DNA of 64,000 nucleotides from an uncultured Acidobacteriota bacterium (GCA_963804995.1 CAWDSK010000003.1:992001-1056000), one strand, 5' to 3'. Numbered from the stretch's first letter, positions 20,701-30,702 are shown. Translations and numbers: made by a program. Notes: generated by a model not told the origin, from the sequence alone.

Positions 20701-21789
20701 ATGGGTGATACTTCGACACCAATAGCCAAGGGCACGGACGACGGGTTGCTGCGCGGTTTCTGGTACCCCGCCTTGCGGAGCACGGAGATTCACAGGCGAA
20801 AGCTGCGCCAGGCAATGCTTTTGGGAGTACCGCTGGTCGTGGGCCGCAACGCCTCAGGTCAGGCATTCGCGATGCGCGATACCTGCCCGCACCGCGGCAT
20901 CCCACTCTCCGACGGCTGGTTTGACGGCGAGCTTTTGGAATGCTGTTACCACGGGTGGAAATTTGAGCCCGTCTCAGGGCAATGCCGCGAAATCCCTTCC
21001 CTGCTGCCTGATTCCAAGGTGAAGCCGGAAAAGATTTATGCCAAGGCCTTCCCAGCGGAAGAGCACGACGGCTACGTGTGGGTTCACATCCCCGACCCCG
21101 ACGCCCCCGGCGAGGCCGTGACACCCGCGCCGCGGCTGCCGGTGTTCAGTGAGCGTTACAAAATCACCCACCTGGCCGCCGACCTGCCCTGCCATGTGGA
21201 TCACGGCATCATCGGGTTGATGGACCCCGCCCACGGTCCCTTTGTGCATCAGTCGTGGTGGTGGCGCACCCGGCGCAGTATTCGCGAAAAAGAGAAGATC
21301 TTCGAGCCCATCCCCAACGGATTCCGTATTCGGGCTCATGCCCCCTCCACCAACAGCGCGCCTTACAAGTTGCTGGGGGTTTACGGCAAGCCCATTACCA
21401 CCAAGATTGAGTTTGTCCTTCCCAACATGCGTTTCGAGGAAATTCACTGCGGCGACTACTGGTTCTCCAGCCGCACCACGGTTACACCCGTCACCACCAG
21501 CTTATGCCGCATCGATTTCTGCGCCGCCTGGAACGTCTTTGCCTACGTGCCCTTCATGGTCTCGATCTTTCGCCTCTTCGGGCGGATGTTTATCGGCCAG
21601 GATCAACGCACCATGGTGCAACAGGCGCGCGGCCTCAAGTACAATCCCCCCCTCATGCTCATCGACAACGCCGACCGCCCCGCCAAATGGTACTTCGCGC
21701 TTAAAGCTGCTTATCAGGAATCGCGCCGCACCGGCGAACCGATGAAACACCCCATCGCCGGGCCGACAACACTGCATTGGCGGAGCTAG
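20701..21789 (+). CDS. Rieske non-heme iron oxygenase alpha subunit
   Basis: CPHRG...CCYHGW Rieske motif; DPAHGPFVH mononuclear iron motif. Confidence 0.9.
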   Translation: MGDTSTPIAKGTDDGLLRGFWYPALRSTEIHRRKLRQAMLLGVPLVVGRNASGQAFAMRDTCPHRGIPLSDGWFDGELLECCYHGWKFEPVSGQCREIPSLLPDSKVKPEKIYAKAFPAEEHDGYVWVHIPDPDAPGEAVTPAPRLPVFSERYKITHLAADLPCHVDHGIIGLMDPAHGPFVHQSWWWRTRRSIREKEKIFEPIPNGFRIRAHAPSTNSAPYKLLGVYGKPITTKIEFVLPNMRFEEIHCGDYWFSSRTTVTPVTTSLCRIDFCAAWNVFAYVPFMVSIFRLFGRMFIGQDQRTMVQQARGLKYNPPLMLIDNADRPAKWYFALKAAYQESRRTGEPMKHPIAGPTTLHWRS

Positions 21790-21792
21790 GCT

Positions 21793-22300
21793 GAAGGCAG
21801 TAGGCAGAAGGCAGAAGGCAGTAGGCAGTAGGCGGCGAGAACGGTAAATTGTGAATGGTGAATAGTGAAGGATGGAGAATCGGGTTGCAGCGATCCCCCA
21901 GCCCACATTAGGCCAACATGCCTCGCCGTCCAGGATAAATGGCTTCGGCAATAGGACAACAGCAGATGAAGATGGCAATCTCGCAGGAAGAAGGATTGCG
22001 CGTGGGCTACCACGAAATGGCTAATAACCGGGAGCGGGAAGCGGAAGCTCAGGAGTGGTGTGAGCGGCTGATAGGCGACGTAGCAGATCAAAAGGGGTGA
22101 CGTTCTTCGTTACTCTAAGGTCGGTTGCCTCCAGCTTACTCCCCGGTGCCTACTCCCTATTCCTTACTCCCCATTCCCTATTCTTTTCTGCCCACTGCCT
22201 TCTGCCTATTGCTTTCTGCTTTCTGCCTTCTGCTTTCTGCCTTCTGTCTACTGCCTTCTGCCTTCTGCTTTCTGCCTACTGCCTACTGCTTTCTGCCTAC
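21793..22300. repeat. Inverted heptamer tracts (AGGCAGA/AGGCAGT at 21793-21832 vs TCTGCCT/TCTGCTT at about 22187-22300)
   Basis: Read directly; the right arm overlaps the mocA-like stop. Confidence 0.85.
21966..22100 (+). pseudogene. Truncated MazE-type antitoxin-like minigene (44 aa), followed by a dead toxin start
   Basis: [44 protein letters not shown]; overlapping frame ATC-AAA-AGG-GGT-GAC-GTT = (I)KRGDV. Confidence 0.55.
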
Positions 22301-22882
22301 TCCCTCAACCAACCGTTCATAACCCTCCGGGTCGTCTACGTCGAGCAGAATGCCGAGATCGTCAATCTCTACAAATTGCGTCGCATCACAATATTTCCTG
22401 ATGACCGTGTTCGCGCCTTCACCCAGACTGAGGGCCAGGAATTCAGGGAACAGTGCACGGCTGATTACCACGGGGTGGCCGCGTTGACCTTGGCAGGTGG
22501 GAATAACCACAGGCGGGCGGGTTGCTTGGAATTGGTCCCTCAGCTTTCTTATTACCTCCACTGAAATCGCGGGATGATCGACAAGGCAGAGGATAACGGC
22601 TTCGAGTGATGGTTCCTCCAGGGCCGCGAGCCCCGTCTGGAGTGAAGACGTTTGCCCTCGCCGGTAGTCGTGGTTGACAGCCACCCGCACGTTCGCCAGA
22701 TTCACGGCGCGCTGGATTTCCTCCGCGTGATGTCCCAGCACTACGGCGACATTCTCTATCCCGGCGCCGCGAAGATTTTGGATAAGGGTGTCAAGGAAGG
22801 TGCGCCCGTGGTAGATCAGCAGGGCCTTGTCTCTGCCCATGCGTGAGGATTCCCCGGCGGCAAGAATCAGGCCTGCAATCAT
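22283..22882 (-). CDS. mocA: Molybdenum cofactor cytidylyltransferase-like nucleotidyltransferase
   Basis: [42 protein letters not shown]; coupled to xdhC. Confidence 0.85.
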   Translation of the reverse strand: MIAGLILAAGESSRMGRDKALLIYHGRTFLDTLIQNLRGAGIENVAVVLGHHAEEIQRAVNLANVRVAVNHDYRRGQTSSLQTGLAALEEPSLEAVILCLVDHPAISVEVIRKLRDQFQATRPPVVIPTCQGQRGHPVVISRALFPEFLALSLGEGANTVIRKYCDATQFVEIDDLGILLDVDDPEGYERLVEGVGRKQ

Positions 22883-23700
22883 GGGGTGTTCTGGGTTTTC
22901 GCGTGGTAAGCGAGCGATGGAACGCTCGTCGTGGCGTTGCGGCGCACCGCAATCATCTCCGCCACAATGGCGACGGCTATTTCTTCCGGAGTCAGGGCGC
23001 CGATATCGAGCCCGATGGGCGAATGCACGCGCTCGATTTTCTCCGGCGGCACTCCCTCGCGCTCCAGAACCTTACAAATCTCAATGAACTTGCGCTTGCT
23101 GCCGATCATGCCGAGGTAGCGGGGCTGCGTGGTCACGGCCCAGCGCAGGCAATCGAGATCGCCTTTGTGGCCGCGTGTCACCAGCACCAGATAGGAATGG
23201 TTGTTGATGTTGAGTTTGGGAAAGATTTCCGCCCACGGCCCCGCCAAGGTCTCAGCGGCCTCGGGAAAGCGCTCTTTGTTCGCAAAGGCTTCGCGGTCGT
23301 CGGCTACGATTACGTCAAAACCCGCAATTTTCGCAACTTTCGCCACGTGCAGGCCCACATGCCCGCCGCCCAGAATGAACACCGTGGGCGTAGACAGAAC
23401 CGGCTCGACGAAAATGTCGAGCGAGCCGCCGCAAATCAAGCCGTTGTCGTACTCGGGATTTGCGTTCAGATTGAAGTGCAGACGCCGAGGCTTTTCTTCC
23501 CGCATGACCTCCTGCGCCACTGACCACACTTCCGCTTCCACACAGCCACCGCCCACGGTTCCCACAATCGACCCGTCCTCGCGGATCAGAATCTTGGAGC
23601 TCTCGTGGCTGGGAATCGAACCCTGCACCTCAACAATGGTGGCGAGCGCGCCCTTTCGCCCTTCCTTCCGCAACCGAACGATTTCTTCAAAGATATCCAT
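22879..23700 (-). CDS. xdhC: XdhC/CoxI molybdo-hydroxylase accessory protein
   Basis: GTVGGGCVE, LICGG, GGGHVG, VTRGH..D, YLGMIGSKRK, PIGLDIGALTPEEIA. Confidence 0.93.
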   Translation of the reverse strand: MDIFEEIVRLRKEGRKGALATIVEVQGSIPSHESSKILIREDGSIVGTVGGGCVEAEVWSVAQEVMREEKPRRLHFNLNANPEYDNGLICGGSLDIFVEPVLSTPTVFILGGGHVGLHVAKVAKIAGFDVIVADDREAFANKERFPEAAETLAGPWAEIFPKLNINNHSYLVLVTRGHKGDLDCLRWAVTTQPRYLGMIGSKRKFIEICKVLEREGVPPEKIERVHSPIGLDIGALTPEEIAVAIVAEMIAVRRNATTSVPSLAYHAKTQNTP

Positions 23701-23910
23701 AGACTCTCGAAAGTTAGGTTAATCGCGCCTGCGATGAATGTCAACGAACCCTGCGAAATCCTGGCTGGGCTCACGGAGCGGCGAGTTTACCTGGCCAATC
23801 GGCGGGGTAAGGCCGCCGCCACGGCTTGCCGTATTGCGGCCAGATTCAGGCAATGTGTCCCGCTACTCGGAATATTTCTTGGTTCCGATATACAGCCGTC
23901 ATTAACGTTA

Positions 23911-23938
23911 TTGACAATACAATATTCTAGGCTATGCT
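23911..23938 (+). promoter_or_regulatory. Sigma70-like promoter
   Basis: TTGACA-N16-TATGCT. Confidence 0.4.
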
Positions 23939-24082
23939 GTGAGGTGGGGGTTGGCATGCCAGAAACTCGTGGCTCGCGAGAGATATCGAAAGGCGCAAGC
24001 GGCAAAGGGGTAAGATCCGGCTTGTGAAGATGCTATAGAAAATACAGGTCTTAGCGATGCGAAGGACAAAAGGGATGAAGAG

Positions 24083-24281
24083 CTATTTCATTGAAAAACA
24101 AGGAGTTATATTTCCGTCTCGCAAGCCGTGGGGGGCACATTTTCTCGATGCGTAAAGTCTAACGATGTGTATGAAAACAAAGGAAAATAAAAGTGACAAT
24201 TTGGCAAGTCTAACGATGTTGTTGAAAACAAATAAGTTAAGCTTATTTTCTAACGATGTTGATGATAACAAAGGGACTTAA
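24083..24281. repeat. AT-rich iterated motif TCTAACGATGT-N5-GAWAACAAA (3 full copies plus 1 partial)
   Basis: Copies near 24158, 24209 and 24249; partial copy near 24090. Confidence 0.7.
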
Positions 24282-24475
24282 CTGGAAAAAATGGTCTCCG
24301 TTCTCCATTAGAATTGTGACGTTGCCCTACGACGGCGGTTGGAGACGGCAACCACGCAGGGATTTCCTCAGGACTCCATCATAGTCGATGGAATGCTCCA
24401 TCTTGGAGCGTCTATCCAGCACAATTAAGGGTAAAATCTCCTCCACACAAGAAGCACGGTGGGAGGAAGTCATTC

Positions 24476-25504
24476 ATGAAGGCAATCCGATATCACGAGC
24501 ACGGCGGTCTCGAGGTCCTCAAGTACGAAGCTGCTCCGGAGCCTAAGATTCAAGCAAATGAAGTCCTGGTCAAGGTGAAGGCCTGTGCGCTGAATCATCT
24601 TGACCTGTGGGTGCGCGGCGGTGTGCCCGGGTGGAAGATCCCGATGCCGCACATCCTGGGCAGCGATATTTCCGGCGAGGTTGCCGAAGTGGGGGCGCTC
24701 GTCACGCGCGCCAAACCCGGTGACCGAGTGCTGCTCTGCCCGGGAATCAGTTGCGGTCAGTGCCAGATGTGCTCGAAAGGCTTGGACAGTGCCTGCCGGC
24801 AGTACACACTCTTCGGCGTATTCGTCGACGGAGGGTACGCGGAGTATGTAAGGTCTCCGGAAAGGAACGTAATTCCCATTCCCGCTGACCTCAGTTTCGA
24901 CGAAGCCGCTGCCGTCCCCCTGGTTTTTCTGACAGCCTGGCACATGCTCTTCACGCGCGCGGGCCTCAAGCCCGGCGAGGAGGTGCTGGTTATTGGCGCG
25001 GGTTCAGGCGTAGGTAGCGCGGCGATTCAGATCGCCAAGCTCGTAAATGCGCGGGTCATCACCACGGCGGGAGCAGACTGGAAGCTCGAAAAAGCCCGTG
25101 TGCTGGGCGCGGATGAAGTGATTAACCACAGCACGCAATCGATTGCCGAAGAAGTGAAGCGCCTTACCGGCAAGCGCGGTGTTGATGTCGTGGTAGATCA
25201 CGTGGGAGCAGCGGTTTGGGAAGCGTGCTTTGATTCGCTCGCCACCTACGGGAGGTTAGTGACGTGCGGGATGACAACTGGCGCAAGCCTCAAACTGAAT
25301 GGCCAGGCGCTCTTCGGACGGCAACGCACTATTCTGGGCTCCTTCATGGGCGGCAAAGCGGAACTCCTGGAGGCTCTCAAATTCGTCACGCAGGGTAAGC
25401 TGAAAGCGGTGATCGACTCCGCCTTTCCACTTGCAGACGCCTCCGCGGCTGAGCAGAAGATGGAGAGTCGCGAGTTCTTTGGCAAAATCCTGCTTCATCC
25501 TTGA
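24476..25504 (+). CDS. Zinc-binding MDR alcohol dehydrogenase / quinone oxidoreductase
   Basis: ALNHLDLW, CGQCQMC..C structural Zn motif, GAGSGVG, FFGKILL. Confidence 0.92.
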   Translation: MKAIRYHEHGGLEVLKYEAAPEPKIQANEVLVKVKACALNHLDLWVRGGVPGWKIPMPHILGSDISGEVAEVGALVTRAKPGDRVLLCPGISCGQCQMCSKGLDSACRQYTLFGVFVDGGYAEYVRSPERNVIPIPADLSFDEAAAVPLVFLTAWHMLFTRAGLKPGEEVLVIGAGSGVGSAAIQIAKLVNARVITTAGADWKLEKARVLGADEVINHSTQSIAEEVKRLTGKRGVDVVVDHVGAAVWEACFDSLATYGRLVTCGMTTGASLKLNGQALFGRQRTILGSFMGGKAELLEALKFVTQGKLKAVIDSAFPLADASAAEQKMESREFFGKILLHP

Positions 25505-25622
25505 GAATTAAGGAGCGCGCCATATCTCTTCCGCGGCGCGGAGTGAGGAGGGTGGTAGGTATGAATCTCAGACGAAATATTCGCGCGGACCGGAGTTGAA
25601 GCCAAGCGCGCTGAGTGGCATA

Positions 25623-26147
25623 ATGGAAACTGACATGGGCGTTCCGACTGCAACTGGTGATCAATCCGGATTTGAAGGCCTGATCTTCACCAAGCTCGAT
25701 CAAGCGGTGAATTGGGCGCGCAAATCATCCATCTGGCCCATGAGCTTCGGTTTGGCTTGCTGTGCCATCGAGATGATGTCCGCGGGCGCTTCGCGCTTCG
25801 ACCTGGCAAGGTTTGGCGCGGAAGTTTTCCGAGGTTCGCCCCGTCAGGCGGATTTGATGATCGTGGCGGGCCGCGTGGCGCAGAAGATGGTGCCGGTGAT
25901 CCAGAAGCTTTATGCGCAGATGCCGGAGCCCAAGTGGGTGATTTCCATGGGCGCCTGCGCAACTTCCGGCGGCGTCTTCAACAATTACGCGATCGTGCAG
26001 GGTGTCAACCAGTTCGTCCCCGTGGATGTTTATGTGCCCGGATGCCCGCCTCGGCCTGAGCAACTCATCTATGCGATCATGATGCTGCAAAAGAAGATCG
26101 AACGGCAGCGGGGCTCATTCAAAGAAGCAGTCTTTCACACCAAGTAA
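25623..26147 (+). CDS. nuoB: NADH-quinone oxidoreductase subunit B (stand-alone)
   Basis: [40 protein letters not shown]. Confidence 0.93.
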   Translation: METDMGVPTATGDQSGFEGLIFTKLDQAVNWARKSSIWPMSFGLACCAIEMMSAGASRFDLARFGAEVFRGSPRQADLMIVAGRVAQKMVPVIQKLYAQMPEPKWVISMGACATSGGVFNNYAIVQGVNQFVPVDVYVPGCPPRPEQLIYAIMMLQKKIERQRGSFKEAVFHTK

Positions 26148-26258
26148 TTTCCCCTGTTCCTCCCCACTCTTACGGCCAAGTCGGAAAGCGGTCATCCTTC
26201 CACGCGTCAGCACCATTGATTGTTCATGAAGGGAAGATTAATGAGCAGGCACTGTCCG

Positions 26259-26681
26259 TCAGCCGCGCCTGAGGTAGGCGGAAATCAGGATTACAACAAC
26301 TCCCAGGGACAAGGCCACGATCAGCCAAGTCCGCCGCCGGGCGCGCAGCGGGTCAAAGACTTTCAAAGGAATGGTGAGCGCCAGGACGATGCCGAAAAGC
26401 GCAAACGACAGGACAATCTTCAAGGCCAGGAATTTCCACGCCTTATCCCAGGGTTCTTCCCAATAGTAACGCCGGATGTTATAGAGACCGGAAATCAACA
26501 GAAGGGTGATGGCGCTCCAGGTTGCCCAGCGGAATTTTGCAGCCACGGCCCGGGAAAGCGCTTCACGCTGTTCTGTGCTGAGGACCCGCAAAGATGGTAT
26601 CAGGATGAGGAGTAAGAAAGCCATTCCTCCGACGCCCACTACGGCAGCCATCAGGTGGACCCACTGCATCAACGTCGTCAT
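26259..26681 (-). CDS. CopD-like 4-TM membrane protein
   Basis: WVHLMAAVVGVGG, LLISGLYN, LALKIVL. Confidence 0.7.
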   Translation of the reverse strand: MTTLMQWVHLMAAVVGVGGMAFLLLILIPSLRVLSTEQREALSRAVAAKFRWATWSAITLLLISGLYNIRRYYWEEPWDKAWKFLALKIVLSFALFGIVLALTIPLKVFDPLRARRRTWLIVALSLGVVVILISAYLRRG

Positions 26682-26854
26682 AGTCTCCGTCCAGAAAGTG
26701 GGTGGATTCTATGCATTTTACCCCGGTGAGAACAAGAGTGAACTTGCACACGATGCCGATGGGTAAACCTTTACGTGCCCGGGGATAGCGAGTTGAACAC
26801 CTCTTGGCACGATCAGGGGAGATCGAAGGCAATGCCCAGGGGGTGAGAAAAGAA

Positions 26855-27145
26855 TCACGACAGTTTTCCACGCATCTGATCGATTTTCCCCGCCAAGTCG
26901 AAATCCTTCTCCGTAACCCCTCCTGCGCTGTGGGTCGAAAGGCTGATGCCCACGACGTTATAGTTGATGGTGATGTCCGGATGGTGCCCGGCGCTCTCTG
27001 CCACCACGGCGATCTTGTTCACAAACTGGATGCCGGGCAGAAAGGATGGAAAGATGTATTTCTTCTGCAGGGCGTTTTCGTGATAGGCCCACCCTTCCAT
27101 CTTTTTAAGCCTCTCATGAATTTCATCTTTGCTTAGTAACGCCAC
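26855..27145 (-). CDS. phhB: Pterin-4-alpha-carbinolamine dehydratase
   Basis: AESAGHHPDI, THSAGGVTEKDFDLA. Confidence 0.92.
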   Translation of the reverse strand: MALLSKDEIHERLKKMEGWAYHENALQKKYIFPSFLPGIQFVNKIAVVAESAGHHPDITINYNVVGISLSTHSAGGVTEKDFDLAGKIDQMRGKLS

Positions 27146-27184
27146 AGTGGCTCCTTTTTCGGCGAGGAACTGACCAAGCCGGAT

Positions 27185-27808
27185 TCAGTACCTTCCGCGC
27201 CAGGTTCCTGAAGCTTTTGCCAAACCAGGGCACACAGATTCAGGACTGGCCTCACCCAAAGCTGGCGCCCGAAACAGCGGTTTGCGTTCGAAGAGGCGTG
27301 GGTCGATTCCCCGCCAGGCGTCGGCGCGCAAGGTTGAGCCGACGAGAACCAGCGCATCGGCGCGGTGTAGGAACCGCTGCGCCGAGGGCTTGAAGTCGGT
27401 CTTCGAGCTATCGAGGACCATGATGTAGGCGGCTGGGTTCACGAATTCCAGAGCCTGGTTGCTTTCGATGATGACATGCCCTGCGCCCTCTAGAGTTTCG
27501 CGCAGGCTGCCGTAAGCTGCCGCGAAGTGCGGCTCCTCGAAACGCAGCCACAGGGCGCGCTCGGCGCCCGCGGCCAGGAATCGGCTCGTGTCCGCTTGGC
27601 CTCGGGGATTGTTCTCCTCCGTAAGGAGGAAACCCGGCGCCGTTACCTCCTCACCGTCCACTTGACCAGGAAGGAACTCCGCCCCATGCAAGTGCTGCGT
27701 GATTTTGACGGCAGTCCAACTGAGCGACGGCAACCCGCGAATCAGGCTCATGACCACGGAGGTCTTGCCGACGTTTCGCGAATGACCACCCACCACGACG
27801 ATTTTCAT
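27185..27808 (-). CDS. MobB-like P-loop protein (C-terminus possibly frameshifted near 27240)
   Basis: IVVVGGHSRNVGKT, DTSRFLAAGA, IIESN. Confidence 0.7.
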   Translation of the reverse strand: MKIVVVGGHSRNVGKTSVVMSLIRGLPSLSWTAVKITQHLHGAEFLPGQVDGEEVTAPGFLLTEENNPRGQADTSRFLAAGAERALWLRFEEPHFAAAYGSLRETLEGAGHVIIESNQALEFVNPAAYIMVLDSSKTDFKPSAQRFLHRADALVLVGSTLRADAWRGIDPRLFERKPLFRAPALGEASPESVCPGLAKASGTWRGRY

Positions 27809-28071
27809 CTTGGCAAGTTCGCCCTGCACCGAACCAGAACGAGTATAGAAATGCACCTGGGCCGAGTCAACCCGTCAATTGGCTAGCGATCAGACCGAAG
27901 ACGTCGGTCGCGCCCACAAGCGAGGGGCTATTTGTTAGGCTGACTCGTCGCACTGTTGCTGACCGTGACGGCAGCGCCACTTTTCAGGATCTCGCAGCCG
28001 GCGGATTTCAGGAGTAAGATTGCACGTTGCGGCTCGGGCCAATTTCAAGGATGAAAGGTAAACCAGCGGAA

Positions 28072-28707
28072 ATGATTCACGAGATTATTCCTGTAGGAAT
28101 GTTGGCGTGCAACTGTTCAATTCTGGGCGACGAAGCCACGGGTGAAGCTATTGTGATCGACCCGGGCGACGACGTGGAGCAAGTCCAGCAGATTCTCGCC
28201 AAGCACGGTTTGCGCGCGAAGTACATTGTCGCCACCCACGCGCACATCGATCATGTAGGCGGAATTGAAAAGCTCAAGCAGGCCACGGGCGCCGCGGTGT
28301 TGATGCACAAGAGCGATTTGCCTCTCTATCAGAACCTCGCCATGCAAGCGGACTGGTTGGGTGTTGAAGCACCCGGCGTAGTAGATGTTGACCAGTTTCT
28401 GACGGAGGGCGAAACGCTGCGATGCGGAGGGCTGGCTCTGGAGGTCCTGCACACTCCGGGGCATTCACCCGGCAGTCTTTCGCTTCACCTGCCGGGGGAG
28501 AACGCGCGACTTTTCAGCGGCGATACTTTGTTCCAGGGAAGCATCGGCCGCACGGATCTATGGGGTGGTTCGTTCGATGAAATCCTCCGTTCCATTCAGC
28601 ACCGCCTCCTGATCTTTCCCGATGAGACACCGGTTTTCCCCGGGCATGGATTGCCGACCACGATCGGCGAGGAGCGCGAGTCGAACCCTTTTCTGCGACC
28701 AAAATGA
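28072..28707 (+). CDS. MBL-fold metallo-hydrolase (glyoxalase II-like)
   Basis: THAHIDH, HTPGHSPG, GDTLF.GSIGRTD, PGHG. Confidence 0.93.
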   Translation: MIHEIIPVGMLACNCSILGDEATGEAIVIDPGDDVEQVQQILAKHGLRAKYIVATHAHIDHVGGIEKLKQATGAAVLMHKSDLPLYQNLAMQADWLGVEAPGVVDVDQFLTEGETLRCGGLALEVLHTPGHSPGSLSLHLPGENARLFSGDTLFQGSIGRTDLWGGSFDEILRSIQHRLLIFPDETPVFPGHGLPTTIGEERESNPFLRPK

Positions 28708-28887
28708 ATTGACCTTTCCTCCACCCATTTTTTGGGGTACTCGCGCTTTTTGGTGGGAACTAGCTCGCCACTCCCCGCTACAGCCCACATCTGGGACGCA
28801 CATCTGGGACTTGACCAGCACCTTGATTCCTGACAAATTGTCTTGTTGGGCTTTGCTGAAATTACTGTTGAGGAGCGAATTATCGCC

Positions 28888-29211
28888 GTGAATGATCCGA
28901 CCAAATTACCCGCGTTGGAAGCCCCACAGTCTGGGGCGGCATTGAAGCGTGCGGACAACGCCCTTTACCAGGAAAGCCGGTTGGTGGCCCGGGCCCTGGG
29001 GGCGGAAATCGACACGGACGCCAAGGAAGTTCATTTCCGTGAAGTGTACAACAGTGACGACCTGATCCTGCCCGAGGAATGCGAGTTCCAAAAGTATCGT
29101 CTCATGATTCAGCGCATCGCTGACGCCTCACGCATTGACAAGCAATTCCCGGAAAAAGGCAGGGTTTTGAAAGGAGTCGTCGCGGAAATCCTGGGCTATA
29201 GAGAGCAGTGA
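28888..29211 (+). CDS. Hypothetical protein
   Basis: About 107 aa ORF with GAGGAG upstream and normal composition. Confidence 0.6.
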   Translation: MNDPTKLPALEAPQSGAALKRADNALYQESRLVARALGAEIDTDAKEVHFREVYNSDDLILPEECEFQKYRLMIQRIADASRIDKQFPEKGRVLKGVVAEILGYREQ

Positions 29212-29261
29212 CCTGGGCCATCAGTTTAGTTGCGGAAATCCTGGGCTATAGAGAGCAGTGA
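29182..29261 (+). repeat. Perfect 30-bp direct repeat separated by 20 bp
   Basis: GCGGAAATCCTGGGCTATAGAGAGCAGTGA at 29182-29211 and 29232-29261. Confidence 0.9.
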
Positions 29262-29423
29262 GCCGGATGCGCAGCCAATGCAGTGTGACCTGAGTCGCGG
29301 TACGTGTGACTACCAAGGGGGGTGTTGTAAAGCTGAGAATTACCCGAGCACGTGCCAGCCTCCCGACCCAATGGAAAAAAATTCCGGTCGGCGGTGGTAG
29401 TATGAAGATCGACGACGTTTGCG

Positions 29424-29924
29424 CTAGACCTGATGAAAGGGCATGACCTTCCAACGCCCGGAGGTCTCGCAGACGCGGCAACTACGGGGTATGCCGCCTT
29501 CCTCCTCGAGCATCGCCAGAAGCCGTTCATCAAACTTCAGGCCGACTTGGGTGGTGCAAGTCGGGCATTCCAGCACCACCCGCACCGAGAGTTGATCGCT
29601 CGGTTCCAGCGCGGGAAGTGGCACGCCCCACAAATCCTTTTCCGGGTCCAGGCACTCAACACCCCAATAGGTATACTCGGTCTTCATGTTTCGGATTTTC
29701 GCCACCACCCGAAAGGGCGCATCCTGGTAGGTAGAATGACTATAAAGGTGGATTTCCTGGTCCGGAATAAGTTGGTGAGTCATCCGAATCTTGGCACCGT
29801 GCTGATTTACCACAACGGTGACCGAATCTTCTGTAAAAACGATCCCGCGATAATCAGTCCCGAAGACTCGGATGGGGACAGATATAGCAATACGGCAACT
29901 TCGCCGGGATTGAAAATCTGGCAT
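29424..29924 (-). CDS. PilZ-like domain protein with C-terminal zinc ribbon
   Basis: RRSCRI (RxxxR), VNQHGAKI, WGVE; CPTC...CRVC; AGGAG RBS. Confidence 0.7.
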   Translation of the reverse strand: MPDFQSRRSCRIAISVPIRVFGTDYRGIVFTEDSVTVVVNQHGAKIRMTHQLIPDQEIHLYSHSTYQDAPFRVVAKIRNMKTEYTYWGVECLDPEKDLWGVPLPALEPSDQLSVRVVLECPTCTTQVGLKFDERLLAMLEEEGGIPRSCRVCETSGRWKVMPFHQV

Positions 29925-30168
29925 AAGTCGTACTCCTATTAAGTTTGGCCTGGTGCAAGTGGGAGGGATTGTATCCGAGAGAGCTTGGGGTTTCAAGTCA
30001 CAAAGTAGTAATTACCCTGATGGATAGGTTAGATGGCGGGTAGCCTTGGACTGGGCGGTTGGGCTTCTAATGTAGTACGTCATGGACGGATGGGTTACAG
30101 CGAGTAGCACGATCCCCCCGGCTTGGGGTCCGCGCTTTTTCTTTGGGTTGGGGGCTACGCAATTTGCC

Positions 30169-30702
30169 TCATCCTTGGCGTCGATCCCACCGATTACCGA
30201 AGCGGGGTAGTGTGTCACGGCGGGGGCAGGCCATCGGGCGATCGGGTGAACAAGGAATCGGGCCATCTGGCCATCGCGCCATCGGGTCATTTGAAGGCCG
30301 CCCAATTCTCCGTTGATTGCGACCTCATGTTCCGACCCCAACCTACCGATAACCGATACGGGGAAGTGCGTCACGGCGGGGGCAGGTCGGTGGGGGGAGC
30401 CATTGGCGATTGGGGTGGGTCCGGCAATCTTCGATTTCCGATTTTGGATTAGTGCAGTGGTCCGGCAAATTTGTGATTTGCGAATTGCGATTTGTGATTT
30501 TTGAAGTCCGTCTCTGACTCATCTTCTTAGCTAACACCACCGATAATCGATAAGGGGTGTCACGGCGGGTGGGCCATCGGTTCATTGAATCATTGGGTCA
30601 TTTAGTAATTTGGGATTTGTGATTGGCGATTTTTGAAGTCGCAGATTGGTTCATCTTTTCATTGGGACCAACCGATTACCGATGTGGGGAAGTGTGTCAC
30701 GG
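30169..30702. repeat. Four-unit non-coding array TCAT-N16-ACCGATWACCGA-N3-GGGGWAGTGYGTCACGG
   Basis: Units start at 30169, 30325, 30519 and 30651; the 16-nt spacing is identical in all four. Confidence 0.85.

Noticed and set aside
22097..22564. Hydrophobic ORFs with LLPSAFC repeats
   Set aside because: Translation of the heptamer tract, antisense to mocA.
29182..29261. Mini-CRISPR (30-bp repeat, 20-bp spacer)
   Set aside because: Only two copies, the first is coding sequence, the repeat is not palindromic, and there are no cas genes.
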